From Phycisphaerae bacterium (GTDB lineage Bacteria; Planctomycetota; Phycisphaerae; FEN-1346): DNA of 64,000 nt. Both the position numbers and the translations under genes were made by a program. Below the pieces are notes generated by a model that worked only from the letters and a program-made list of their open reading frames with translations, had not been told where the DNA came from and did no database searches. Each line of letters begins with the position of its first letter. The first letter of the stretch is position 1. The stretch covers positions 294 to 64,293 of the forward strand of contig JBAUDW010000071.1 of the NCBI GenBank assembly GCA_049678285.1, written 5' to 3'. Shown one piece after another: positions 26,276 to 35,624 of the stretch.

Positions 26276-28681
26276 TCACGTGCCCTGCCAGTCTCCACTG
26301 CCGGTGCTGGAAGGCCTGGAACCCTTGATGAATGTGGTCACAAACGGGTCGTACAGAAAGGCCCCGCCGATGCCGCTGACAATCGGAATGAGCACCGAGG
26401 CCATGTCTGCCCCGCGACTGTGAAGAAACAGTTGGCCTGCCTCCAACCCGATCGCAATCGCTGCCGTAACCGATGCGGCCAATGCAATCGCAAGGCGTCG
26501 GCCTGCCAGTCCCCCTGCCAGGCTCTTCAGGAGCATGCCGATTACAACAAAAACAATAAACTCGCGGGCCACAGTGGCCGCGGCACTGACCTCCGTCTGG
26601 TGGTAGAGGTACGTCAGCGGGGCACGAATGGCATGCTGGAGGTGTGCTCCCAACCCCCCCGGCGGCCATTCAAACCCAAACGGGCGCCACTTGTACCATA
26701 CACAGGCCCCCAGCCAGGCACTGAGCGCCGTTGCTTTGATCCACCAGCCGTGCCGCGTCCAGAATGCGGTCTCCGTGAGGCCCGGCCGCGCCTCCGGGCC
26801 GAAATGGCGGCCCGCCCAGGCGCCCGCGGCCACACCGACGGTCCCCAGGACGACATCCGTTGCACTGGCAAAGCGAGAGGCGATGAAGATCTGCAGGAAC
26901 TCGATTCCTGTCGCAAACAGGACCCCGTAGCCAACGACCAGCCATGGACGGCGTCTCGTGGCCGAAAACAGGAGGGCCAACAAGTAGCCGATGGGCATCA
27001 TCATCGCTACTGTCGACAGGATTGCGTACAGATCAAGCCCATGAAGATCGGCAAACGGCACGAAGTGGATCTGGCCGTTCTTGAGCCTGTGGTAGATCTC
27101 CTCCGGCCGGATGATGATATCCATGGGAAGCAACTGGTACAGGAAGAGTCCCACGGCGTAGCCCGCGAGGATCTTGACCGCGCGCCTGCCCTGTACGTGC
27201 TCCTGCCACAGGCTGTGGCCCCAGCAAGTCACCACGCTCCCGGCCAGGAACCACACCGCGATGCCGATGGCGTTGCCGATGCACTGGGCGAGGATGTCGC
27301 TGAACGCCGTGGTTCGCACCAGGCAGAAGAGCTGCGAGAACTCAACGCCCGCGCTCAAGAGCCCGCCGCCTATCATCAGGCCGACGGCCGCCAGCCATCG
27401 GGCGCGGCGCATGTTTTCCCGCGTCAGGACACCCATGCCGAAAAAGCCAAGCGGCACACCGATGAGCACGTTGGCGGCGAAGTCCGTCCGGGAAAAGTGA
27501 ATCAGGGTCGAGGGCCAGCGGCTCAGGAAATCGGCCCAGGCGTCCCCGAGAGTCCTGCTCCTGAATTCCAGGGGTACAAGACTCCCGTAGATCAGAAAAG
27601 CCGCATAGAAGAGGAGCAGGAGACGGTACCCTCGCCCGGACACCTTGTACGGACACACCCTACTCACGCCGCGGGGTTCCGCCGCGCCCGCCAGGAGAGG
27701 CCGCTGTCCGGCCGCGACTACCGCGCGGCGGAACGGTTGAAGCATCAGGGCCACGAGCTGGCCGTAAGCGAGGGTGAACACGGCCGCTACGTAGACCAGC
27801 GTCCATCGAAGAAGGAATGCGGCCTTGGGAAGGTTCGTTTGCCGCTCCGGCCCCAGAAGGAACCGCACCGCCGGAAAAGTAATGCCGTACTTCGTCAACT
27901 GCGGTACCAATGCCGCGTCCAGCAGCAACCAGCCGAGGAAGGCCAGGATCGGTGTGGCAACCAAGGCGAGGAGACAGGAGCCGGCCCTTGGGCTCCGCCA
28001 CGTATGGGCGACGACCGAGGCGTTCAGCCCGAGGAGGAGCACCAACACCATGAGGAACGCATCTCCGGGATAGGGATCATCCCGAATCAGCTCCGTCAGG
28101 TTGTCCGTGCAGGCCCACTCGATGACCACGAAATGCACCAGCAGCAGCAAGGGAAGGTTGGTGAAGAGCAGCCCCAGGCCTGTCTGAATGCCTGCGTACG
28201 TCCCTGACCGGGACGCTGTGCCGACAGCGGCACTTGCGGCGATCAGGATGATCGCGGAGCCGCCGTACTGGGCCAGGAAACGGCATATATACTCCCAGTC
28301 CCAGCCCCATCGCAGCACCGGCGATCCGAGGATATCGTCGATGCTTTCGGTCGTGACCGACAGCCGGAGGAGCACCCACGCGACGAGCGCGACCATCGCT
28401 GCCCAGACGGGGGTTCCAAGCGACCACCGGGGGTTCTTCAGGAACAGTCCCGCCACCCACGCAGGCGCAAATCCGCCGAACAGGAGAAGGGCAGCAAAGA
28501 GGACTGCCGATACGTCGGCGTGCCCGGGAGGGAAGAGTTCGCGAACGTTGTAAGGAACCCCCGGAATGCGGACGAGCACCCAACTGGCGATGGAGAGGGC
28601 CGCCAGGCCGATCAGTGCCAGGATAACCGCCGGTTTCCGGCTAAAACGATCAGGCGCTCCGGCCATCTGCTCACGGTCCAT
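26276..28681 (-). CDS. 801-aa polytopic membrane protein with two VanZ-like domains
   Basis: About 20 predicted TM helices. Two segments carry VanZ-family-like motifs (..HFSRTDFAANVLIGVPLGFFGM.. and ..AFSDILAQCIGNAIGIAVWFLAG..ATDVVLGTVGVAAGAWAG). It has its own start MDREQ. The plus-strand ORF 26255..28207 is antisense noise. Confidence 0.6.
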   Translation of the reverse strand: MDREQMAGAPDRFSRKPAVILALIGLAALSIASWVLVRIPGVPYNVRELFPPGHADVSAVLFAALLLFGGFAPAWVAGLFLKNPRWSLGTPVWAAMVALVAWVLLRLSVTTESIDDILGSPVLRWGWDWEYICRFLAQYGGSAIILIAASAAVGTASRSGTYAGIQTGLGLLFTNLPLLLLVHFVVIEWACTDNLTELIRDDPYPGDAFLMVLVLLLGLNASVVAHTWRSPRAGSCLLALVATPILAFLGWLLLDAALVPQLTKYGITFPAVRFLLGPERQTNLPKAAFLLRWTLVYVAAVFTLAYGQLVALMLQPFRRAVVAAGQRPLLAGAAEPRGVSRVCPYKVSGRGYRLLLLFYAAFLIYGSLVPLEFRSRTLGDAWADFLSRWPSTLIHFSRTDFAANVLIGVPLGFFGMGVLTRENMRRARWLAAVGLMIGGGLLSAGVEFSQLFCLVRTTAFSDILAQCIGNAIGIAVWFLAGSVVTCWGHSLWQEHVQGRRAVKILAGYAVGLFLYQLLPMDIIIRPEEIYHRLKNGQIHFVPFADLHGLDLYAILSTVAMMMPIGYLLALLFSATRRRPWLVVGYGVLFATGIEFLQIFIASRFASATDVVLGTVGVAAGAWAGRHFGPEARPGLTETAFWTRHGWWIKATALSAWLGACVWYKWRPFGFEWPPGGLGAHLQHAIRAPLTYLYHQTEVSAAATVAREFIVFVVIGMLLKSLAGGLAGRRLAIALAASVTAAIAIGLEAGQLFLHSRGADMASVLIPIVSGIGGAFLYDPFVTTFIKGSRPSSTGSGDWQGT

Positions 28682-29298
28682 TGTGTTTTCGATCCAGGCG
28701 GCAAACGAAGCGGCCGCATCGAACGGCCGCGAGTACAGGCGTCAACTCAAAGTACCTCATCGGCCGGCCGGATTCAAGGTGCGACGGCCGCTCTGCCGAG
28801 AAAATCGTCCGGATCTTGGCCAGCGGGGCCGATGCCTGAGGACGGCGAAGGGTGCCGGTAGCCGGAGCCAAGGTCGTGCATTGGAGGTGCACGTTGACAG
28901 TTCCGGGCAAGGCGGGCACGCCGGAGAGGACCAAGGCCCGGCGCATGCTGTCAGCATGAAGTCACATACCGCTGGATGGGCCCTCTACCGTGTGGGTTCA
29001 ACAGGTTGTGTACCTGGTTGGCACCGAGGGCATGCCGACGCGGGCAATGGGGTATCGAAGCCAGATATCTGCTTGGCCCAGCGCATAAGGGGGCCAAACT
29101 CCGACGCATCGCGCCGGAGTAACCATCCAAGGCCTTCGCCGAATCCGGGTGCAGGCCCCTTTCATAAAATGACGATAAGCAACAGCGGTCGCGTTGCTCT
29201 TTGGCATCTGAGCGTGTCCCCAAAAGCTGGGCGCGGGTTTAAGGTGGAATCGTCTCCGGGTAGAATAGGGCGGCACGAGCAGCCGAGGAGACGATCGG

Positions 29299-29598
29299 AT
29301 GGCAGGGAAACGCAGACGGTTTTCGGCGGAGTTCAAGGCCCGGGTCGTTCGAGCGGCGCTCCGGGAAGACAAGACGCTGGCGGAGTTGGCTGGCGCGTTC
29401 GAGGTGCATCCGAACCAGATCACCGAGTGGAAGCGTCAGGTGCTGGAGGCCATGCCGGATCTGTTTGGTCGTCGCAAGCAGGCCGACGCGAAGTCGGCCG
29501 AGGAGCACGAGGCTCGGCTGTACCAGCAGGTCGGTCAGCTCCAGGTGGAACTGGAGTGGCTGAAAAAAAAAGCTCGGCAGCTTGGCATGGACGTCTGA
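29299..29598 (+). CDS. IS3-family transposase OrfA (HTH)
   Basis: [36 protein letters not shown]; ends [10 protein letters not shown] at the A9 run. Confidence 0.85.
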   Translation: MAGKRRRFSAEFKARVVRAALREDKTLAELAGAFEVHPNQITEWKRQVLEAMPDLFGRRKQADAKSAEEHEARLYQQVGQLQVELEWLKKKARQLGMDV

Positions 29599-30673
29599 GG
29601 CGAAGCGAATGATGGTCGAACGCGACAATCCGAACATCCCTGTCGTCCGGCAGTGCGAGTTGCTGACGCTGTCGCGCAGCAGCCTGTACTACCGCCCCGC
29701 TCGCGACGAGGAGGCCGAGGCCTTCGAGTGTCGGGTCTTGAACGCCATCGACGAGTTGTACACGGCCCGTCCGCACCTGGGGCGGTACGGCATGACCGAC
29801 GCCCTGGCCCAGGAGCGACAACTCGAGGTGAACCCCAAGCGGGTGCGTCGGCTGATGAAGATGCTGGGGTTGGAAGCGGTCTATCCTCGGCCGCGGCGGA
29901 ACACGTCGCAGGCCAGTGCCGAGCACCCGAAGTACCCATACCTGCTGCGGAACGTGGAGGTTAGCGCCGTGGATCAGGTCTGGTGCGCGGACCTCACGTA
30001 CATCCGGCTTCATCGAGGCTTTGCCTACCTGGTGGCGGTGATGGACTGGTTCAGCCGCTGCGTGCTGGCGTGGGAGTTGAGTAACACGCTGGACGCGAAC
30101 TTCTGCGTGGAGGCCTTGGCGCGGGCCTTGGCTTCGGGCCGGCGGCCGGCGATCTTCAACACCGACCAGGGCAGCCAGTTTACGAGCGAGGCCTTCACGA
30201 CGGTGCTGATGGAGGCGGGGATCGCCATCAGTATGGACGGGGTGGGCCGGGCGTTCGACAACATCATGGTCGAGCGGCTGTGGCGGACGGTGAAGTACGA
30301 GGAGGTGTACCTGCGGGACTACGAGACGCCGGCGGAGGCCCGCTTGGGGCTGGGTCGGTACTTCAGGTACTACAACCATCAGCGGCGACACAGGAGCCTG
30401 GATCGGCGGACCCCGGCCAGCGTGTATGGCTTGGCCGAGCCGGCCACGGTCCAGCGGGCTCTTGTGCGGCTGGTGAGAAGCGATAGAATCGAGACACCTG
30501 CCTTCGCCAAGGCTTCGGCGGGCAGGGGCGGCGGGCGTTCCGTCGCCGCGAATGCTGCTGTCGCTCCGGTCGCCCTCCGGGCTCCCTCCGCGACAGCAGC
30601 GGGAACGTTACCCATGGCGACGGTTCCACCTTATTCCAGGCTGGAAACTGTCCAGCGCATGGGGACAAGCTAA
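29582..30673 (+). CDS. IS3-family transposase OrfB (DDE integrase core)
   Basis: [43 protein letters not shown]. It has a low-complexity C-terminal tail running into the right end. Confidence 0.9.
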   Translation: MAWTSEAKRMMVERDNPNIPVVRQCELLTLSRSSLYYRPARDEEAEAFECRVLNAIDELYTARPHLGRYGMTDALAQERQLEVNPKRVRRLMKMLGLEAVYPRPRRNTSQASAEHPKYPYLLRNVEVSAVDQVWCADLTYIRLHRGFAYLVAVMDWFSRCVLAWELSNTLDANFCVEALARALASGRRPAIFNTDQGSQFTSEAFTTVLMEAGIAISMDGVGRAFDNIMVERLWRTVKYEEVYLRDYETPAEARLGLGRYFRYYNHQRRHRSLDRRTPASVYGLAEPATVQRALVRLVRSDRIETPAFAKASAGRGGGRSVAANAAVAPVALRAPSATAAGTLPMATVPPYSRLETVQRMGTS

Positions 30674-31021
30674 ATCCTCGGCGGATTCGCCGGTTTGCAT
30701 TGGGGGGGATTATGAGTTATACTACCGCGTGCTTGCGGCGGTTTTCGCTCGCATATGCTCCCTACGCCATGCGGCAGGGCCGGTGCGTGGGAGTCTGGGT
30801 TTGCACCCATGCGTTGCGGCGTTGTCGCTGTCCATCACGCAACCGAGCCATAGGGCTCCGAGGCACCGTAACTCGCGTTCTTCAAGTGGGGCAGCTTGGA
30901 TGAGGCAGGAAAGCCCGACCGCCGCGATGGGGGTGTCTATATGCGCTGGTGCTGGCGTGCGGCACCGCCAGGGCGCCTTGCTGGGCCGGGAATGGCTGAA
31001 TGCGGGCGATATCTGTTACCG

Positions 31022-32305
31022 ATGAAACGATTGCTGTTCATCGCCCATCGCGTGCCGTATCCTCCCGACAAAGGGGAGCGTGTACGCGCATTTCATGAAA
31101 TTGTTGCGCTCGCGGAGCACTTCAGCATTACGCTAGCCGCTTTGGCGCATTCTGACGGTAATGTCGCCGCTGCATCGGAGCTTGGCCGCTGGTGCGAGAA
31201 GGTCCTGACGGGCCGCGCTGGGGGGCGCATGGGCATCATGCGCGGCGCGCTCTCTGTGGCGGCCGGCAAGAGCGCCACGGAGGGCTTCTTCAAGAACAAC
31301 CGGCTGTTGCGCACACTGGTGGAGGAGGCCGACAAGCAGCCGTTCGACATTGTCTTTGGTAACTCCTCAAGCACCTTGCCCTATGTGCTGGCCGTCCCGG
31401 CGAAAGCGCGGGTGATAGACTTGGTCGATGTCGATAGTGCCAAGTGGAATTTCTATGCCCATGCCGCCTGGTGGCCCAAGAGCGTCCTGTACCGGATGGA
31501 GGCCCGCGGCGTCGGCGCCCTCGAGCGGCGGGCCGTCGAGACGTGCGATGCGGTGCTCCTCGTAAGCGAAGCCGAGGTCGCAGCGCTCAGCCTCACGAGT
31601 GACAAGGTCACGGCTATTGGCAACGGCGTGGACACGGACTTCTTCAAACCGGATGGCACTGTGCCGCAACAGGCCACTGCTCTCGTGTTCACGGGAACCA
31701 TGGATTACCGGCCAAACGTGGAAGGCGTCTGCTGGTTCGTACGGGAAGTCTGGCCGGAGTTGAAACGCCGCGCGCCCGAACTGACCTTCACCATCGTGGG
31801 GCGCGACCCGTCGCGGGCCGTTCGCAAACTCTCGGAGGTGCCTGGCGTGCGCGTTACGGGCGCGGTTCGCGACGTGCGGCCGTACCTAACCGCAGCCACG
31901 GCCGCCGTCGTGCCGCTTCGCATCGCGCGGGGCGTCCAGAACAAGATTCTCGAGGCGATGGCCATGGGCCGCGCGGTCGTCGCATCCCCTCAGGCGATTG
32001 AGGGCCTTGACGTGAATGTCGGCGAGGAGGTTCTTTGTGCCGAATCGCCGGATGAGTGGGTCGCTGTCGTCCTGGGCCTGCTTTCGGCCGGCGGTCGCCG
32101 CGAACGTCTGGGCCAAGCCGCTCGTAAGCGCGTCGTCTCTGATTACAGTTGGGCCTCGCGGATGATGCCACTGGTGTCGCTCTGCACCGACCTGGCGGGC
32201 GCAAGCGAACCCGCGCAGGGAGCACCGCGGCAAACGGACCGTGATGCCGCAAGGTTGCGACATGTGGGCGGCCTCGCCGAGCCGCTCCAGGGGGCGACGC
32301 CATGA
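31022..32305 (+). CDS. GT4-family glycosyltransferase of the PEP-CTERM/EpsH1-associated sugar transferase type
   Basis: N-terminus MKRLLFIAHRVPYPPDKGERVRAFHEI is characteristic of the exosortase-locus-associated GT4 subfamily. C-terminal GT4 blocks (EGxxxxxLEAMAMGRAVVAS). Confidence 0.75.
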   Translation: MKRLLFIAHRVPYPPDKGERVRAFHEIVALAEHFSITLAALAHSDGNVAAASELGRWCEKVLTGRAGGRMGIMRGALSVAAGKSATEGFFKNNRLLRTLVEEADKQPFDIVFGNSSSTLPYVLAVPAKARVIDLVDVDSAKWNFYAHAAWWPKSVLYRMEARGVGALERRAVETCDAVLLVSEAEVAALSLTSDKVTAIGNGVDTDFFKPDGTVPQQATALVFTGTMDYRPNVEGVCWFVREVWPELKRRAPELTFTIVGRDPSRAVRKLSEVPGVRVTGAVRDVRPYLTAATAAVVPLRIARGVQNKILEAMAMGRAVVASPQAIEGLDVNVGEEVLCAESPDEWVAVVLGLLSAGGRRERLGQAARKRVVSDYSWASRMMPLVSLCTDLAGASEPAQGAPRQTDRDAARLRHVGGLAEPLQGATP

Positions 32306-32751
32306 CGCCCCGCGTGAACAAAGCAGCCTGGATCGTGACCGCGATTTACACAGCCCTTCTGACAACGGCAAGCCTCTTGCCATCGGGTCAAGGCCCGCTC
32401 GGCGGCTGGGACGCGTCCATTTCGCCCGACTTGCAGGACGCCCTGCACCTTCTAGCCTACGCCGGGCTTGTGGTCTTATGGACCCTCTTCTATTCCACAC
32501 GGTCTCCCCTGAGCACCCGCTCGATCCTTGCCGTCACTTGTGCGTGCGTGGCCTTCGGCGCCGCAATGGAACTGGCCCAATCCGTCATCCCCGGCCGGAC
32601 GTGTTCGCTGAACGACGGCCTGGTGAACCTTGTCGGCGTCATCCTGGGTTACCTTGCACTCGTTGCGTGGCGGCGTTTCCGTCCGGTCGGGCCGGCTGTG
32701 TGTCAAAGCGGACCGGCGGCACAGGAGTCGGCGAGGTGTGCGGAGCAATGA
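32302..32751 (+). CDS. VanZ-family small membrane protein
   Basis: 149 aa, 4 TM helices, AMELAQSVIPGRTCSLNDGLVNLVGVILGY (VanZ-like E..Q..GR..D..N..G pattern). ATGA overlaps with both neighbours. Confidence 0.65.
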   Translation: MTPRVNKAAWIVTAIYTALLTTASLLPSGQGPLGGWDASISPDLQDALHLLAYAGLVVLWTLFYSTRSPLSTRSILAVTCACVAFGAAMELAQSVIPGRTCSLNDGLVNLVGVILGYLALVAWRRFRPVGPAVCQSGPAAQESARCAEQ

Positions 32752-33917
32752 TCGAAGGCCGGACCATCCTGTGTTTCGCCAGCGGCTACGACGCGCCGCC
32801 GACCAGCAAGCACCACGTGATGCACTTGCTGGCCGAGCGGAACACCGTGCTCTGGGTCAACTACCACGCCTCCCGTGCGCCCACGGCCAGTGCATCGGAC
32901 CTTCGTTACATGGCCCGGAAGGTAGGCCAGATCCTCCGGGGCATCACGAACCCGCGCAAGAACCTGTACGTGCTGACGCCACCTGTCCTGCCGCTGCCGG
33001 GTAGTGCGATAGCCAAACGCATCAACCGTCGCCTGCTCATCGCAAGGATTCGGTCGGCGCTGAGGCGCGTGGGGCACGGCCCCGTGCAGGTCTGGTCGTT
33101 CACGCCTGACATCTCGTACCTCCTGGGCCATTTCGGCGAAGAGAAGGTCGTCTATTACTGTGTCGACGATCACGCCTCGTTCTCGGGATACGATGCGGAG
33201 CAGGTAAGGCGCGACGAGGCCGATCTGTGCCGGAAGGCCAACTTGGTGGTGACGACTTCGCACGCCCTCCAGGAGGCCAAGGCCCCGTTGAATCCCAACA
33301 CGATCCTGGTGACCCACGGCGTCGATTACGAACATTTCTCGAAGGCCGTGACCGAGGACCTGGCCGTGCCGGAGGACATTAAGGACATACCGCACCCGAT
33401 TCTGGGCTTCTTCGGCCTCATCCGCGACTGGGTGGACCTGGACCTCCTTGCCGAGGTCTGCCGCCTGCGGCCGGACTGGCATGTCGTTCTCATCGGCGAC
33501 TCGACGGTGAACCTGGCGCCGTACCGGGGCATCCCGAACATGCATTTCCTCGGCCGCCGGCCGTACGCGGACCTGCCGGCCTACTGCAAGGCATTCGACG
33601 TTGGCCTGATCCCGTTCAGGATGAATGAGTTGACCAAGGCCGTCAACCCCATCAAACTGAAAGAATACCTGGCGGCGGGGCTGCCGGTGGTCTCGACGCC
33701 CCTGCCCGAGGTGCGGCTTTACGATCATCTGGTCGAAGTGGTGGAGGATGCCCGGGCTTTCGCCGCCTCGGTCGAGTCATGCCTGGCGCGGGGCGCGGAT
33801 GTCCGGAGCGAACGCTCACGCTCCATGGCGTCCGAGACTTGGGCCGAGAAGGTGAGTTTCATCTGCTCGCATCTTCAGCGCGCGGCCGTGGCCGGCCTCG
33901 CGAGAGGAACGCCATGA
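32748..33917 (+). CDS. GT4-family glycosyltransferase
   Basis: Start ATG overlaps the VanZ stop (ATGA). GT4 C-terminal domain blocks (VLIGDS.., DVGLIPF, EYLAAGLPVVSTP). Confidence 0.75.
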   Translation: MIEGRTILCFASGYDAPPTSKHHVMHLLAERNTVLWVNYHASRAPTASASDLRYMARKVGQILRGITNPRKNLYVLTPPVLPLPGSAIAKRINRRLLIARIRSALRRVGHGPVQVWSFTPDISYLLGHFGEEKVVYYCVDDHASFSGYDAEQVRRDEADLCRKANLVVTTSHALQEAKAPLNPNTILVTHGVDYEHFSKAVTEDLAVPEDIKDIPHPILGFFGLIRDWVDLDLLAEVCRLRPDWHVVLIGDSTVNLAPYRGIPNMHFLGRRPYADLPAYCKAFDVGLIPFRMNELTKAVNPIKLKEYLAAGLPVVSTPLPEVRLYDHLVEVVEDARAFAASVESCLARGADVRSERSRSMASETWAEKVSFICSHLQRAAVAGLARGTP

Positions 33918-35461
33918 GCAGCGCGCGAGTCCACGCCCGCAATCTGCTCGCCAACTGGACGGCTCACGGCGCCAACCTGGTGGTGCTGTTCTTCCTCTCG
34001 CCGTTCATCGTTCACACGCTCGGCAAGACGGAGTACGGCATATGGAGCCTGCTGACGGTCCTGACGGGGTACCTGGGCGTCTTCGACCTGGGCGTCCGCG
34101 CCAGCACAGGGCGCTACGTCATCCTGTACCTTGGGCAAGGCGACCACGAGAAGCTCGACCAGACGGTCCGGACGGGTCTGGGCTTCTTCAGCGTCGCGGG
34201 GCTGCTGATCATCCTGGCGAGCGTCGTCGTCGGCATCGGGTTCCCCACGTTCTTCCCGTCGTCACCGGCGGAGTACCATGCCCAAGTCGGGGTGCTCCTG
34301 CCCATCCTGGCCGTCAACATCTGGCTCTCCGTCGTCGGCGCCATTTTCGGGAGCGTCCTGATGGCCCACGACCGGTTCGATCTGATGCGGACTGTGGACC
34401 TCACTGTCCTTGCCGTCCGCACCGGCGGCACGGTGGCGGCCCTGCTCCTGGGGTACGGCATCGTGGGGCTGGCCCTGGCGACGGTGGCCTGCGGCGTGCT
34501 GGCGGTAGCGGGGAACTACATCCTGGCGCGGCGGATCTATCCGCGCCTCCGCGTCTGGCCCCTGACGCTCGTCCGGGCGCGGCTGCGCGAACTGTTCGGC
34601 TACGGCATTGCGGCCTTCATCTCGAACGTGGCCGTCAAGATCATCGGCCAGACGGACCTGATCATTGTCGGCGCGCTCATCAGCGTGGGGGCCGTGACGG
34701 TCTACTCCGTCGGAGCCATGCTGGTCTACTATTCCTGGACTTTTCTGGGCCACATCGGTTCGACTCTCTTCCCTCCTGTGCAGCGTGCGGCAAGCACGGG
34801 GGACTACGAGTCGGTCCGATGGTACTACCTTCGCCAAGTCCGCTTGGGGTTCGTTTTCGGCGTGCCCGCCTACATCGGGTTCATCATGTTCGGGGAACCG
34901 TTTATCCGGCTCTGGATGGAAGACGCCACGTTCCCTGCAACTGCGGTCCACCAAGCCGCCGTCGTTATGACCATTCTGAGCCTGTCGAAACTGTTCTCCC
35001 TATCGTCCATCGGGGCCACGACGCTACTCGCGGCCACCGGCCATATCCGCTACAGCGCCACCGTCAAGGTCTTAGAGGCGGTGCTGAACCTGGGGCTTTC
35101 CGTCTTCTTCGTGCTTGTGAGTGATTGGGGCCTGGCCGGCGTCGCGGCCGGCACGTTGGTCGCCCGCGTGTTGGTCAGCGCCGTTCTCCTTCCCTGGCGG
35201 GCGAACCGCGCGGTCAAGACCCGGGCAATGAGATTCCTGGGGGTCCTCGGCCTGGGGCTGGTGGCAGGGGGGGGGTTCGCCGGATGGTGCTTCCTGATGC
35301 GGTCTGTGATTCCGGGCGGGTCGTGGGCGATGTTCTGGGTCCAGGTGGCCCTGGCCCTGCTGGGCTACATGCCGATGGCGTTTTCCCTATTGGTGCCGCC
35401 GGCGGATAGAAACCGCTTCCTCCGCCTCCTCAAAGTTGTCCGCACCCGGCGTACGGAGTGA
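33914..35461 (+). CDS. Wzx-like oligosaccharide flippase (polysaccharide biosynthesis protein, MOP/PST superfamily)
   Basis: 515 aa with ~12-14 TM helices and an N-terminus typical of PST-family flippases (LLANWTAHGANLVVLFFLSPFIVHTLGKTEYGIW). ATGA overlap with the upstream glycosyltransferase. Confidence 0.75.
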   Translation: MSSARVHARNLLANWTAHGANLVVLFFLSPFIVHTLGKTEYGIWSLLTVLTGYLGVFDLGVRASTGRYVILYLGQGDHEKLDQTVRTGLGFFSVAGLLIILASVVVGIGFPTFFPSSPAEYHAQVGVLLPILAVNIWLSVVGAIFGSVLMAHDRFDLMRTVDLTVLAVRTGGTVAALLLGYGIVGLALATVACGVLAVAGNYILARRIYPRLRVWPLTLVRARLRELFGYGIAAFISNVAVKIIGQTDLIIVGALISVGAVTVYSVGAMLVYYSWTFLGHIGSTLFPPVQRAASTGDYESVRWYYLRQVRLGFVFGVPAYIGFIMFGEPFIRLWMEDATFPATAVHQAAVVMTILSLSKLFSLSSIGATTLLAATGHIRYSATVKVLEAVLNLGLSVFFVLVSDWGLAGVAAGTLVARVLVSAVLLPWRANRAVKTRAMRFLGVLGLGLVAGGGFAGWCFLMRSVIPGGSWAMFWVQVALALLGYMPMAFSLLVPPADRNRFLRLLKVVRTRRTE

Positions 35462-35624
35462 TGCCGTGGCCCGTGAGGCAGAAGTCTCTGAAGACGGGAG
35501 CCGACCATGAAGATCGCGGGTTGCTTCGCGCAGAAAGGTATCGGCTGCCCGGCAAAGACGGGTGCTGTGACTCCTGCATTCTTCTAGGGGTTTGGAGTAG
35601 GCTTCCGGCACAAGGATCCGCCCG

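Larger units (their letters stand above)
29217..30709 (+). mobile_element. IS3-family insertion sequence, copy 2 (orfA/orfB with A9 frameshift site), inverted relative to copy 1
   Basis: Left end TCCCCAAAAGCTGGGCGCGGGTTTAAGGTGG matches the end of copy 1. A9 slippery run at ~29563-29571. Right end near 30700-30709 (ATTGGGGGGGA). Its proteins are ~60% identical to copy 1. Confidence 0.75.

Noticed and set aside
26255-28207. 650-codon plus-strand ORF, and similar long ORFs antisense to real genes (e.g. 1788-3236, 5614-7332, 13647-14927, 35430-37115, 40375-41607, 42281-43555, 50841-52085, 61299-62891)
   Set aside because: These are Arg/Gln/His/Gly-rich with no recognisable motifs, and each lies exactly antisense or out of frame to a gene with strong family signatures. 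GC-rich DNA depletes stop codons on the non-coding strand.
30940-31000. Possible sigma-54 promoter (TGGCGTGCGGCACCGCCAGGGCGCCTTGCTGG) upstream of the GT4 gene. Similar weak candidates exist upstream of the PEP-CTERM genes (~10095-10112) and the exosortase.
   Set aside because: The GG to GC spacing does not fit the TGGCAC-N5-TTGCA consensus (12 nt instead of 5 between the elements, or the GC of the -12 element is missing). No confident call is made.
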